Source: Cladosporium halotolerans (lineage: Eukaryota). From it: a stretch of DNA of 64,000 nt. A program made the position numbers and the translations under genes. The notes under the pieces are model-generated. The model saw only the letters and a program-made list of their open reading frames with translations. It ran no database searches and was not told where the DNA came from. Location: positions 248,001 to 312,000 of the forward strand of contig NW_027191469.1 in NCBI RefSeq assembly GCF_011745625.1. The letters are read 5' to 3'. Numbering within the stretch: the stretch's first letter is position 1; the number at the start of each line of letters is the position of its first letter. Shown here in pieces: positions 34,469 through 46,333 of the stretch.

Positions 34469-35657
34469 TTATATCAGGCCGCACATGCGCAGGTTCTCTT
34501 GAATGATGATGTCGTTGACGGCGGCCATGACGAAGCGGATTTGCATTGTGTCGGTGGCGCAGGTGAAGTGCGTGTAGATTTGCTTTGTGGGGTGCTGGTT
34601 GAGGCTGGGAGAGTGAGACGTTAGCAGGATGTTCCGAAGAGCTTTGATGCGTTTGTCAGTAAGACTTACGAGACGAATCTGTTCAGGATGTAGTCGCAAG
34701 CCGCGCCGTAGTCCTGGCCACCCTCGTAGTCGGGGAAGTAGTTCTTCATCGGTGATACGGGAAGCTTCTCCTTGAAGCGATCGATCTTGTTGAGGAAGAG
34801 GATGATGCTGGTCTTGGTGAACCATCTGCTGTTGCAAATCGAGTCGAACAGAGTGAGAGCCTCCTGCATGCGGTTGACCGTCTCGTCCTCGAACAGTAAC
34901 TGGTCGTACTCCGAGATGGCGACAAGGAAGAGGATGGTGGTCACGTTCTCGAAGCAGTGGATCCACTTCTTACGCTCCGAACGCTGACCACCCACGTCGA
35001 ACATGCGGTAGGTCAGGTCGCCGATGATGAATGTTGTCTCCGTAATACCAGTGGTCTTGACACGCGAGCGCAGAACGTCGGCGTCTGAAGGAACGTATGT
35101 AGGCGATGCGATGGTGTCGATAGAGTCGAAGTAGTACTTGGCGCTGTCGTTGAGCTGATATTCGCGACTCCTCTGGAACGCCGCCTGAACACCAGCATCG
35201 GCCCAGAGGGTCTTGATGGCCTGGCCAACCTCCGGAGGGAGCACATCGCCTTCGATCTGGGCAGGCTGCATGAAGATGGTCTGAACGTGGTACTCGGCTC
35301 TCTGGTCGTCAAGGGGCAGCTCTAAGCTCTCCATAGCCTCAAGGATGACGCGCATTGACTGCACTGTGTTGGAGAAGATGATCTGACCGAGAAATGTTAG
35401 TACTTGTCGCGCATGCATGCTGCGATCAGCCTCCGAAATCGTACCTCTCTGAAGCTTTCGCGCTCGTCCCGCGAGTAGCCACCCTCGTGAATGAGCTTCA
35501 TCTGTTTGAGGATCGTCGACTTTCCAGATTCACCAGCACCGAGCAGCAGCATCTTGATCTCGTTTCGCAGGTTCATTTTGTCGCGCTTCAGCTGGTTCTC
35601 AATCTCCTCGTTGCGCTGCTTGCCCTCCTGGGCTTCTGAACTCTGACCGCAACCCAT
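34469..35657 (-). CDS. fadA: Heterotrimeric G-protein alpha subunit, fungal group I (FadA/GNA-1/MagB type); introns 35444-35383 and 34669-34605
   Basis: MGCG myristoylation start, [44 protein letters not shown], and C-terminal CGLI typical of group I. Confidence 0.96.
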
Positions 35658-35759
35658 GACTGCGGTTGTGTGGCGCGTCCGGAGGCGCGGTGATAGAGGA
35701 GCGGGTAGAGGGTAGGCGCGAAAGCACGCAGTCTTCGAGGCGTCGAGCGAGTTCGGTCA

Positions 35760-36013
35760 CTGCGAATGGTTGGTCAGTCAGGGAGTCGCATTGGAGCATG
35801 GCGAGACTGCGAAGGCTGAGTCGCGAAGCAGCGCTGTCATGGTGACCGGTGCCGAAATAGCAGCATCCAATGCATGCCGCAGAGTTCATGCGCGGCGGCC
35901 GAGCATTTGCGCAATCCGCGGTGAATAGGAGACGGACAGCGCGGCGGCGTGATGCGTTCAGGTGCAGGGTGATTGCATGGAAGGACGGCGGCAGGCGTAA
36001 GCAGGAGACTCAC
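35760..36013 (-). other. Predicted 254-nt 5'UTR intron of the G-alpha gene
   Basis: Minus strand AG|GTGAGT donor at 36013. CTGACTGAC branch region and CGCAG acceptor at 35760, ~100 nt before the ATG. Confidence 0.6.
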
Positions 36014-39000
36014 CTCGAGCGCGATGTACCCAATTGTCTTGGTGTGTTGAGGGAAGTGAAAGTAGGGCGAAGCAGCTGCGGATGCGGATCGCGGCCGGTG
36101 CGAATGGCGCGGGTTCAGGAGCTCGTTGGCGAGGCTCACGTGCGGGCGAGGGAGGGTGCTGAGACCGGACGGAGGAGGTGTAGCTGGGGCGCGAGGGCCG
36201 TTCGAGCAGCGGGCGCAGAGGGAGGAGGTGGTGGACGGGCGGGCGAGGCGTGTGTGTGTGAGGTTCGGTGAGAGCACGGAGGCGAGGCGTGATGATTGGT
36301 AAAGCGGCAGCTGTCTGGGCTGGGCAGCGGCGGGCGTGAGGGAGGCAGGCTGGCCGGCTGGCTGGCTGGCAGGGCCGGGGCGGGACGAGGGAGTCTCCTC
36401 ACACGCACTACGCACTAGGCTGCTCGGGGTGTCAGGCTCGTCAGGCAGACCGCAGCGCTGCGCAGAATCAACACTAGAGCGGCGGGCGGCGGAGAGGAGG
36501 GCGACGGCGCGCGCGCGAGGGTTGCGGCGAGGGTGAGACGATCGTCGCAGAAGGCAGGCCGGGGCTATTCCTGCACTATTCCTGCACTCGCCCTCGCAGC
36601 CTGCATGAGATGATGCGCGCTCGGGCCCGGCGCGCGGTCTGTCTGTCGACGGCGCGACGCCCGGATCTCGAGAGCCTCCCTGGGCCTGAGCCCTCGCCGC
36701 TCCAAATAATGCCCCCCCAGCCAATAATGCGCGGACGCTCGCTGCTTGGCTGCCGGACTTCAGCCTGTGTCTGCCGAGGCACCTGAAGACTGAAGACTGC
36801 TGGAGATGTTTGTGGCCCTGTCTCGGTGCTGCTGGATCTGGCAGTCGGGACTGCGGTCTGCACGCAACGGCGCCCTGTCTCTGGCCCTGGGCGGGCAAAG
36901 TGATGGGTCTGCCGCGTTGAAACCGACGTGGGCGGTGGCGGCAGGGCATAGTGTATACACTTCATACACACATACGCAAGGCCGGCAGAGGCTGACGCTG
37001 CCGTGCCACCAAGCCTGCAGCAGCCAAAGACAGCAACGGCCCCGGCAGTGGTGGTTTGGCAGCACAACCGCGGCGGGTGCTCGCCTGAGCAAGGCATCGC
37101 GCGTACACCGCGGGCGGTCAGCCTGGCGTGCCTGGGTGAAGCGGCAGGCCTTCGAAGGACTAGAACACACGGAGAAGGCAGCCCCATGTCTCCTATTCCA
37201 CTCGTCGGCGTGCCTTTTCATCCGCGGCGGGCGTGCGGGCGTGCAACGACTCGTAAAATCGCCTCCCAGGCCGCGCTACCGACAAGCGAAGTGTCTCAGC
37301 TGCAGGGCCTTACTCGCTGCATGGCCCTGAAACTGCTCCCCCTTGTCTGCTGAGGGAGCAGGTCGGGAATAATATCATTCTTGTCCCAGCTTCTATTTTC
37401 AACATGCTCACCGCTCCAAATAGTCGTGCAGACATGCAAGTACCCGTGAGCATCTCTTTGAGTCCTCAGTCCACTTCCTGAGTGGTGCGCAGCAGACTCC
37501 GCGATGCTCTAGGGTACCTGATAAACTCAGCCGAGAGCTCGGTACCTTAACTCAACTCAGATCCTGCCTTCCCGCACGACGGGGATCTCCGTGCGCCACC
37601 ATCACAAACCGGTGGCCCAAGAAGCACCACCAGTCCCAGGCAAATAACGCGTCGTCACTATAGATGTAAGGCGTCATCCGCCCACACCCATCCTAGTCCG
37701 CGCACGCGATCGCCTGCCCTCAAACACCGGCAGAAAGTGAGAAGACAGCTTCTCCCGCGGTTCAGAGATCCTCAGACTTTCGGCACCGACCGCGACAATA
37801 AATCCTTCAGGAACCCACCCGCCCGCCCTCATCATCTCTCGCCCTCCTCTCCACTTGCCTGTTTCCGGCCATTCCACTCTCTCTAGCAGCCCCCTCGGTC
37901 CCCTCCACTCCAACACAAAAAGCTCGCTTGACTTTCGTCCGTCCGACGCAAAGTCCGCAACCCCGCCGAGCCGCCGTTTCAACCCCCTCGGTCGACCCCG
38001 AGAAATTGCGAGCTCGACTGAGAAAGCCAACCAGCCCAAATCAGGCTCCGTCTCCGCGCGCTGTCAATTCCGCTCTCTTCACTTCCCACCTATGTAGTAG
38101 CTCAAACACACATCTGCACTTCCCGTCGCATATCGATTCCATCCAGACGAGCAGCTCTCAGGCGCGTTTCGACTCTCCCCGTCCCTTCTGCGACACCTGT
38201 CGCGCGGGAAGGCCGAGCACGGACGCCGCGTTCGGTGGCGCACGTACAGTACAGTAGTTGTTCGTATGATCGACGACGCGTCGAGGCTTGTTCGTCCTGT
38301 CTGCCGCCCGCAGCGGCAGACCGCTCTTCGCGAGCGAGCGAGCGGGCTGAGCTGATGCTGGTTTGCGGGTCGCTTGCTCGCGAGCGCGTTCGCGCTTCCG
38401 TTCACGATTCGGGTTCGGTAACGGGATGTTTTGGGGGTGTGACTCGGCTCGACAACGTGCGTCGAACAGAACAGAACATCACCGTAGACAAAGCAGTAAG
38501 TGTACGTAGCCCTGCCGAAAATCAGCATCCCGCCTCCAGTCCCTCCGTCTCCAACCCTCCTTGCCACCACCACCAGCAGCCTACTTGTACACCCGCCCCA
38601 TCTGCCCACAACACAACCCTCGCACAGCATCCCCATCCCGCCGCCGCCGCCGCGCGAACAAACGAACGAACGCAAGGGTCCTCCTCTGTCACGCCCGCGC
38701 CATGCCCGATCCGCTCCGTATAGCGAGCGGCCGACGCCTGCGGTGCGACTGTCGACCGGCACCGCAACCTGTTGCGTCAGGAATGTCTGGCGTTGGTGCT
38801 GAGATCGCTTTGCAGGAAGTGGGAGCTGGCGGACTGGAGGGCTTTGAGTAGGCGGTTGCTGCTGTGGTGGTAAGTAAAGTCGGTTTGCTGAGGTCGAGGG
38901 CGGGGGGTGGTTTGCTATGTGTGTTATGCCTGCGTGACCCCTGGCCGGCGTGGCTGGTGGCTTGGACGGTTTGGATGCAGGGTGCCGGGCGAGGCTGGGG

Positions 39001-39904
39001 GTTGTGGGACGCTGGTGTTGAGGTGAGGGCGTTGTTCGCTCATGCGGGTGCGCGTGAGTTGAACGTCGGTGCCTAAGCAGAACCAAGCAAGAGAGCATAG
39101 AAGGACTCATACAATGGAGGGGAGTGTGGGGTTGAGCTTTTGGTCGGGTGGTGGTCGTTTGCTCTGAAATTTGAATACGTCTTTGTGACGGATTGTTTTC
39201 TCAGATAGTCTTCCACGGACGTGCTGATGGTGCATCTTCTTAAGCACCCGGTGAGGGTGGCGCATCTATCATCATGAGGAGCATGTCTTGTGTGTGGTTC
39301 AGCATCCAAGCGAGAGCGTGGAAGAAACGTTCGACGCCCACCTTGTTCCGTCACTTAGAGATTGGTTCCTCGTGTTTGTGCAGGTGGAGGCGAAAGCGAT
39401 CCTAATGTCTCATGTGCTCAGGATAGTCCGATCTAGATATTGTCATGAACATTTTACTATTCCGTATGATGCTTATTGATCACAATACAATGATGCCATC
39501 TGCAGGGATCTGTATTGACCGGCTTCAATACTCTGTCAGGTAACAGCGTTGGAGCGGAAGCGTTTGCCAAGACTCGCGCTTTTAACCTCACTTCACTTCA
39601 CTTCAACACCTCTAGCAAGAAAACCTAAATAGCACGAGCTGAAGATACAATAGAAATGGCGATTTACTGATAACGTCAGGTGTTTTATGCGTTGGCTTGG
39701 ATGGAGCCGCACGTGGATAATATGACAAAATGAGCACATGAAGGTTGCTCGTCTTGCGCGTGAAGCGCATATGAAGCGCGATTGAGCTTGTATAAAAAGG
39801 CCCCTTCTTTCCGCTCCAAATTCTTCCGCCTCGTACCGGCTCACTCTCTCCATCGCTCACTACAGTCAATTGAAACCAAACCCAACCTGTCACAAGCCGC
39901 CAAC

Positions 39905-41392
39905 ATGGCAGGCTATTACCCAGAACTCGCCCTCCTCTCACTTCACCGAGCGCCGACTCCACTTCCCGACCGCATTCGCAGTCCAGCCTTGCGATCCGCC
40001 TCTACCACTTCTTCATCTCCCACTGCTACCTCTCATCAACAAACCTGGCCAGGATTCCGATCAAGCCTCCGCTCCTATCCGCGAAGAGCGCATTCTTGCG
40101 TCGAGTCCTACAGACCGCCACAACACATGACCTCGTCGACTGCGCCGGAGAGCCCTAGCGACACTATGCAGTCTTTCTCGCCAATCTCGCCCAACATGTC
40201 GTCGACAATGAAAATGTCTTCCACGCCGCCTGCCATCCCTCCACGAGCATCGAGTCTCAAGCAAAGACACAGCATCCGCCTCTTCACGCCGACAGACCCC
40301 ACCGCGCCGAAACCGAAGCGCAAGAAACTGGTGCGCAAGCACAGCTCCCAGCCAGCATTCGAGATTCTCAACCCGAAGCCAGCACCAACGCCCAATTCAT
40401 CAGAAGCGCAAAGAAACGCGCCCAAAACCGACGAGCAGAACGCATCACCAACCACTAAATCCACAACCACAATCACCAATCCAGCCCAACCCACCAAACC
40501 AATCCCCCCACCCCTCATCCTCGCCCGCCCGAGCCCACCGCCCCTCCTCCCCGAACTCGACTTCGGCAGCCCCACCACCTCACCAACCTCCACTCTCTTC
40601 GACCCCTCAACCCACCAACCAACCCCCACCGCCCAAATAACAATCTCCATCCTCCCACGGCCCCCAGCCCCCACCTCCGCTCCACCAACAACACCAGGCC
40701 CTACAACAACCCCAACCTACCGCTGCGACATCCACGCCAGCCACGGCGCCAGCCACACCGCAATCGAGCACGCCTGCCAATCGCTCGTCCTCGCCGCCGG
40801 CGGCAGCCTCCTCGACTCGTACTTCTACCCGGGCGGGTTCCTGTACTCGCTGCCGGCGGGAGCGGCGGAGCCGATCGGCAGCGGGGAAGTGGAGGGCGCG
40901 GGAGCGCGGATCGAGGTGCGCAGCTGGGTGCCGTTTGCGGTGGCGCGGTTCGATGGGTTGCGGATGCATCCGCCGGGCGGGAGGTTGGGCGGGGAGGTGG
41001 TTAGGGTGGGGGAGGGGTGGGGTCGGTTTGGGGATGAGGGGTCGAGGGAGGAGAAGGTTGAGAGGGTCGAAGGAAAATCGGAGAAAGAAGGAGCAGAAGG
41101 GGACGATGCGGCTACGACGCCGCGGGAGGGCGTGAGGAGGAGTGTTCTGGGGTTTGATGGGGCGGCTTTGACTTCGATGAGGAGCTTGCGGAGACTGAAG
41201 TGCCGCTCGAGCCGGGATATGGACCTGGGTGCTGGAGAGGTCAAGGTGTCGTCTCCGACTACGGTTGTTCAGAGTCCTCGGGAGAAAGGAGATCACCGGT
41301 TCACGGTCATGTCATATGCGTCCGATAGCGGCGACAGCGACGAGAGCGGTAATGAGGAATGGGAGAGTGTGAGGAGTGAATTGGACAATTGA
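39905..41392 (+). CDS. Hypothetical Pro/Ser/Thr-rich protein with a small central globular segment
   Basis: Open frame of ~495 codons from CAACATGG at 39905, with TATAAAA at 39791. No firm family. Confidence 0.65.
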   Translation: MAGYYPELALLSLHRAPTPLPDRIRSPALRSASTTSSSPTATSHQQTWPGFRSSLRSYPRRAHSCVESYRPPQHMTSSTAPESPSDTMQSFSPISPNMSSTMKMSSTPPAIPPRASSLKQRHSIRLFTPTDPTAPKPKRKKLVRKHSSQPAFEILNPKPAPTPNSSEAQRNAPKTDEQNASPTTKSTTTITNPAQPTKPIPPPLILARPSPPPLLPELDFGSPTTSPTSTLFDPSTHQPTPTAQITISILPRPPAPTSAPPTTPGPTTTPTYRCDIHASHGASHTAIEHACQSLVLAAGGSLLDSYFYPGGFLYSLPAGAAEPIGSGEVEGAGARIEVRSWVPFAVARFDGLRMHPPGGRLGGEVVRVGEGWGRFGDEGSREEKVERVEGKSEKEGAEGDDAATTPREGVRRSVLGFDGAALTSMRSLRRLKCRSSRDMDLGAGEVKVSSPTTVVQSPREKGDHRFTVMSYASDSGDSDESGNEEWESVRSELDN

Positions 41393-41480
41393 AAATGGAC
41401 ATTTGGATGTTTGATGGCATGCAGAGTGCTCGGAGGTGTATGCTTGTCTAAAGGCCGCTGGATGGCGGGATAGGCATAGA

Positions 41481-42843
41481 TCATTCCCAACTGATACTGT
41501 GGAATTGGTTAGCACGGAATCATAGAACAATGGAATTTCAGAACCTTACCCCAGCATGATACCTGCTCCAGCTGCCATGGCTAGGAACTGAACAAGCATG
41601 CCCTTGAGCTCTTTGAGCTTGTTCGGACCAGTCTCCAGCATCTCCGGTATCACGCCAACAGTACCAACGTAGAGGAAGGTGCCGGCCGTGAACGGAAGTA
41701 GAAGGTCGCCCCACTGCAAGCTGGTTCCCAGAAGGCCTTGGTTACCCAGACCCTTGGCCAGCTCGACAGAAGCGCTGTTACCTCCAAACTCCTGCACAGC
41801 GACGCCAATGGCAGTACCGAGAACAGCGCCCATAGCAGTCACAAACTGGAGACCCATGGCGAGCTTCTTGCTCATGCCACCCTGGATCAGCAAAGCAAAG
41901 TCACCAACCTCGTGCGGAATCTCGTGGCAGAAGACGGCCAGGGTGGTGGTAGCGCCGATGGTGGGGGAGGCGTAGAACGAAGAGCTCAAGGCCAGACCAT
42001 CGGTGATGTTGTGGGTGAAGTCGGCAATGATGTTGAGGTAAGCCGAAAGCTTAATCTCTTTCTTCGGTGGCTCGCTGCTAGATGGAGACGTGGCTGATGC
42101 CTTAGCATCGTTGCCCTTACGGTTGCGGAGACCAGAGTCCTTATCCTCGAGAGCAGACGCTTTGGCTTTCGCGTCGCCGAGATGTCCATTGCTCGGCTCA
42201 GCAGAGTGGCCGTGGTCGTGAGTGTGGCCCTCTCCACCAGTCGCGATCCTCAAGCCCTTGTCCATTGCGACGAAAGTCACGAATCCAACCATGATCGCAA
42301 CGCCCAACAACAGGTTCTTGTTCGGCTCGACAAGTCTCACCCTGACCTCGCCCTCCGGAACCTCCCCAAGGAAGATCTCAGGCAGCAGATGGAACAGGGT
42401 GTCTCCAAGCAATCCACCAACAGCAAAGGCAACCATCGTATTCAAGCTACTGGGATCGACGTTCGTTGGCACGAGGGCGAGCAGGAAGTTCGGCGGGCCA
42501 GAGATGTAGGCGGTAGCAACGAATGAGTTGATAGCAGGCGAAGTGAAGGGGAACAGCATTTTGAACGCTTGCTGGAGCATGGAAGAGTGCTCTTCACCCT
42601 CCGATGCATGATGGGCGGTCAATTGCTCGACAACAGGGCATGACTGCACGTTCTGTTTAGCAGATCTCTTGTAGTCAGTGGTATCAATTGATATACCTGC
42701 AACTGCTCCTCAATCTCCTGCGTACTGAGCGAACCAACGTCAATTTTGACGGCAGACTTTTCAGTCTCCTGAGCATAAACAGAGCAGATCAAGATAGCCA
42801 CGAGGGCCAGTAAGGCCAGCCTCAGCCCTTTCATTCCCATCAT
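41481..42843 (-). CDS. YKE4: ZIP-family zinc transporter, ZIP7/Yke4/Catsup type; introns 42696-42644 and 41549-41497
   Basis: Signal peptide, FAVGGLLGDTLFHLLPE, His-rich loop HTHDHGH, AYLNIIADFTHNITDGLA, HEIPHEVGDFALL, PFTAGTFLYV. Last exon encodes GISWE*. Confidence 0.9.
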
Positions 42844-43069
42844 TGCGCAGTTGTATGTCGCAGACAACACGTCGCGTGTCTGACGTGCCAACAGCGCCCG
42901 AATTGATGGAGCCCCTCCCCCGAACGATCCCCGTAGTCGGGCGTCGGGCAGCGCAAACGCCGACCCGCCCGACCCTGGACGTCAAACTTCCAGAAAAGTT
43001 CACCCGAGGAAAGAAAGAAGGCGCTCGCTCGCTCCCATTCCAACAAACCACACAACCACAACCACAACC

Positions 43070-43801
43070 ATGGGCCGCGAAATCCAAAAGAAAAAGAACC
43101 GCTCCGGCATCCCCAAAAAGCGCCAGAAGCCCAAGTCCAAGAAGCGCATCCTCAACAACCCCGTCATCGCCGCCAACTGGGACAGCTCGCAGACCCTCAC
43201 GCAGAACTACCGCCGCCTGGGCCTCGCGTCGAAACTCAACAAGCACACCGGCGGCGTCGAGCGCCATGCCGACGACGTTGAGCAGCTGCAGTCCAACAGA
43301 CACAGGGATGATCCGCTGAGCATCGCCGCGCACCGCCAGGCGGAGCAGCAGGTCGGCCTGGGCGAGGCGAGGATCGAGAGGGACCCGGAGACCGGCGCGA
43401 TTCTGAGGGTCATCGAGGGCCCTGCTGCGAAGCCGAACCCGCTGAACGACCCGCTGAACGACCTGGACTCGAGCGACGACGAGCAGCGCGGCTGGGCGCG
43501 CAAGGGCGGCCAGCACGGGAATATCGAGGAGGGCGAGTTTGAGGGGTTCGGCGATGACGACGGCAAGACGGACGTCGTGCGGGAACTGGAGGCTCGCGCG
43601 AGCATGCCGGCGAAGAAGTACAAGCGCAAACAGACCGAGAACGAAGTTGCGTTCATCGAAAAGCTTGTGCGGAAATACGGCGAGGATACTGGCAAGATGG
43701 CGCGGGACATGAAGATCAACTACATGCAGAGGAGCGAAGGTGACCTCAAGAAGAGGATTAAGAAGTGGCGGGAGGCTGGAGGAAGGGTCGAGGGCGAGTG
43801 A
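43070..43801 (+). CDS. NOP16: Nucleolar protein 16 (60S ribosome biogenesis)
   Basis: MGREIQKKKNRS..NPVIAANWD..TLTQNYRRLGL, IERDPETGAI, NPLNDPLN, LVRKYGED..MARDMKINYMQRSEGDLKKRIKKW. Confidence 0.9.
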   Translation: MGREIQKKKNRSGIPKKRQKPKSKKRILNNPVIAANWDSSQTLTQNYRRLGLASKLNKHTGGVERHADDVEQLQSNRHRDDPLSIAAHRQAEQQVGLGEARIERDPETGAILRVIEGPAAKPNPLNDPLNDLDSSDDEQRGWARKGGQHGNIEEGEFEGFGDDDGKTDVVRELEARASMPAKKYKRKQTENEVAFIEKLVRKYGEDTGKMARDMKINYMQRSEGDLKKRIKKWREAGGRVEGE

Positions 43802-44234
43802 GGCGTCTTAAGAGCCTTGCTTTTTCGCAAAACTGTACCACTACACGGAGGCCGCAGAGGCTCTTCCGCTTGATGCCAGGCTTGAAATTTCAAACGGAGG
43901 CAAGGTCTCGTGTTTCCGACGCGGACAGGCCGAATGCCCAGTATCGAGACCATTTACGGCATATCTCTTGCCAAGGATGAAGTCTTGTCCGTACTTAGAG
44001 GCCGAAATATAGAACGGCCATGTAAGACGGGCCTTCGAGGATTTCTTTAGCCAGACCGGACAGAGATTTGGCAGACATAATCGGTATTCATCATATAGAC
44101 GCCTCCAACGGCGAAGCCAAAATACCTCGCATCAATCCCAAGAGACCTAGCGCCGGCGCTCTCCTTTCCGTCTCAGAAAGAACCCCCAAAGAACAAAAAG
44201 ACACTGTAGCAACGCCAAGTTTCCGCACCTAGCC

Positions 44235-45906
44235 TCACCTGCCTGTAATCCCATCCGTCCTCCCATCGGCACCCTCCGTAACCTCCCCATCATCCCCACC
44301 ACTCAAATAGCTCGCCTTCTCCGCCTCCTCATACTCCCCAATCAACTCCATGACCACCTCTCGCGCGCTATCGAATTCGCCGAGGCCGTCGCGGAAGGGC
44401 TCCTCGCGCTTGTACTGCTCGAGGAAAGCATTGCGCTTGCGCAAGCGGTCGTACTGGCCCACGATGCGCTTGAAGAGAGTATTGATACCCGTGTGGTTGG
44501 CGAGCATGAGGCCGGAGACGCGGGGAGGCGGGCGCGAGCTGTATGGTGGCTGGAGGAAGGGCGATGTGCGCGTGAGGGCTACTTGGATGCTGGCGGGGCC
44601 CCAGGGGATGAAGGTGGCGAGTTGGCGCTCGCGGATGCGGAGGAGGGATTTGTGGACCTGTGACAGATGTGTTAGGGGTAAGACCTTTGTGTAGGAAGAG
44701 GCTCAGAACTTACGTCTGTGGGATCAGCCTCGCCCATGATGATGTTCAAGATGGAGATGTAGCAGCTGTTCTTGCTCGGGCTTGCGGAAACCATGCGGTT
44801 CTTGGGCTGGAGTAGGCGGCGCATGACGTCCAGGACTGTAGTCTTGCGGACCATTCTTGCAGATTCGACGTTATCGCCTGTGAAAGGCGTGTAGCTCGTC
44901 TGGAGGAAATGACATCTGGGCGTCGGAATCAGACTGGCGACGATACCGACCAGATCGTTATGCATGTAGCCTGGGTATCGCAGAGTAGTTGTGCTAGCGC
45001 ACATGACCGTGCTGACGAGCTGATTCGTCTGCTGGAAGGAAGGCTCCTGGACGTGGAGGGTGTCCGCTGCAATGCGAGAGAGAGCGCCATTGTCGAGAAC
45101 CACTACTGAGTCGGCGTTTTGCGTCAAACGCTTGAGAGCGAGGAGAGAGTTGTAAGGCTGAACCACGACATCGCCGGAGTTCTGAGTATCAGGGAAGACA
45201 GAGTACGTCTGGATCAGTTTCTTCGGGAACCGATCATTCAGCCTCTCCAGCAAGAAAGATCCGAGACCAGATCCAGTGCCGCCCGCAATGGAGTGGAGCA
45301 GCATGAAACCCTGCAATTTAGGTCAGCACACCTGTTCCAGCCTTCCAGAATGGCTCTAGATACACACCTCTAAGCTGTCGCTTCCATCCGCTTCCCTATC
45401 AATCATATCCAGCACCTCATCCTGCACAGTATCTCCCATAGCATAACCCGCCGCCCAATTGTTTCCCGCGCCCGCTCCTTCCTTGTGCACGTAGAAGTTC
45501 TCCGGATTGTATATATTGCCATAGGGCCCGTTTGTGATACCGTTTATGACTCGCGGTTCGAGATCGAGCATGATCGCGCGCGGCACATAGCGCGTGTCGT
45601 CGGACTGGTAGAAGAAGACATCTTTGCGATCGCCGCCAGCGTGCGGGCCTTCGGCGGCGTAGGGGTGTAAGTTGCCGTTCTGATCGATACCGTGCTCGAG
45701 GCAGAGCTGTTGCCAGAATTGCGAGCCGACTGGAGCGTAGTTCAGTGAGTTGGGACTTCTTGTCTAGGATGCGGTGAGGCTGGGTGGTGGGGAGGATGTA
45801 CCGCTGTTACCGCATTGGCCGGCTTGGAGGGTGATTATTTCGCTGTGAGATTATTAGTAGACTGTTCGCACGCTTGACACCTATATGAAAAGCCTTACCG
45901 AGGCAT
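44235..45906 (-). CDS. mipA: Gamma-tubulin; introns 45898-45843, 45801-45730, 45367-45311, 44713-44658
   Basis: [98 protein letters not shown]. Confidence 0.97.
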
Positions 45907-46333
45907 GTTGCCCTCCTGTGCCGCTCATGCGTCGTCTGGGTCGAGAAAGCTTCGTGGGAAGACGCGCTGGAAGTGGGCTTGACGCGCGAAGCGTGGGGTT
46001 GCGCCGTGACATCAACAATGGCAGACAGACGGTAGTTTGCATGCGACGGGCGCGTAGAAATCCAATGCGTCCTCGACCGAAATTATAAACAGAAGTATGA
46101 TACGATGAAATGGCGACTTGAATATTTGAAGACAATTCTCTTAGTGACGTGTCACACAAACGCAGTTTGTCGAAGAATGCAGTGGATTGTAATATGTGAT
46201 GGTTTAGCATGCAAAGATAGTACGTTCATCTGATGCTATATCTTGAGACGGCCCTCGCCGCGTCTACGAGAAACTTGAACCGTTCTATGCCCTTTATGCA
46301 ATTTCAGAATACCTTATGCCGTGAGTCTCATGA

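Noticed and set aside
35837..36949. 370-aa minus ORF upstream of G-alpha
   Set aside because: Overlaps the predicted UTR intron and promoter; low-complexity GC-rich translation with no motifs.
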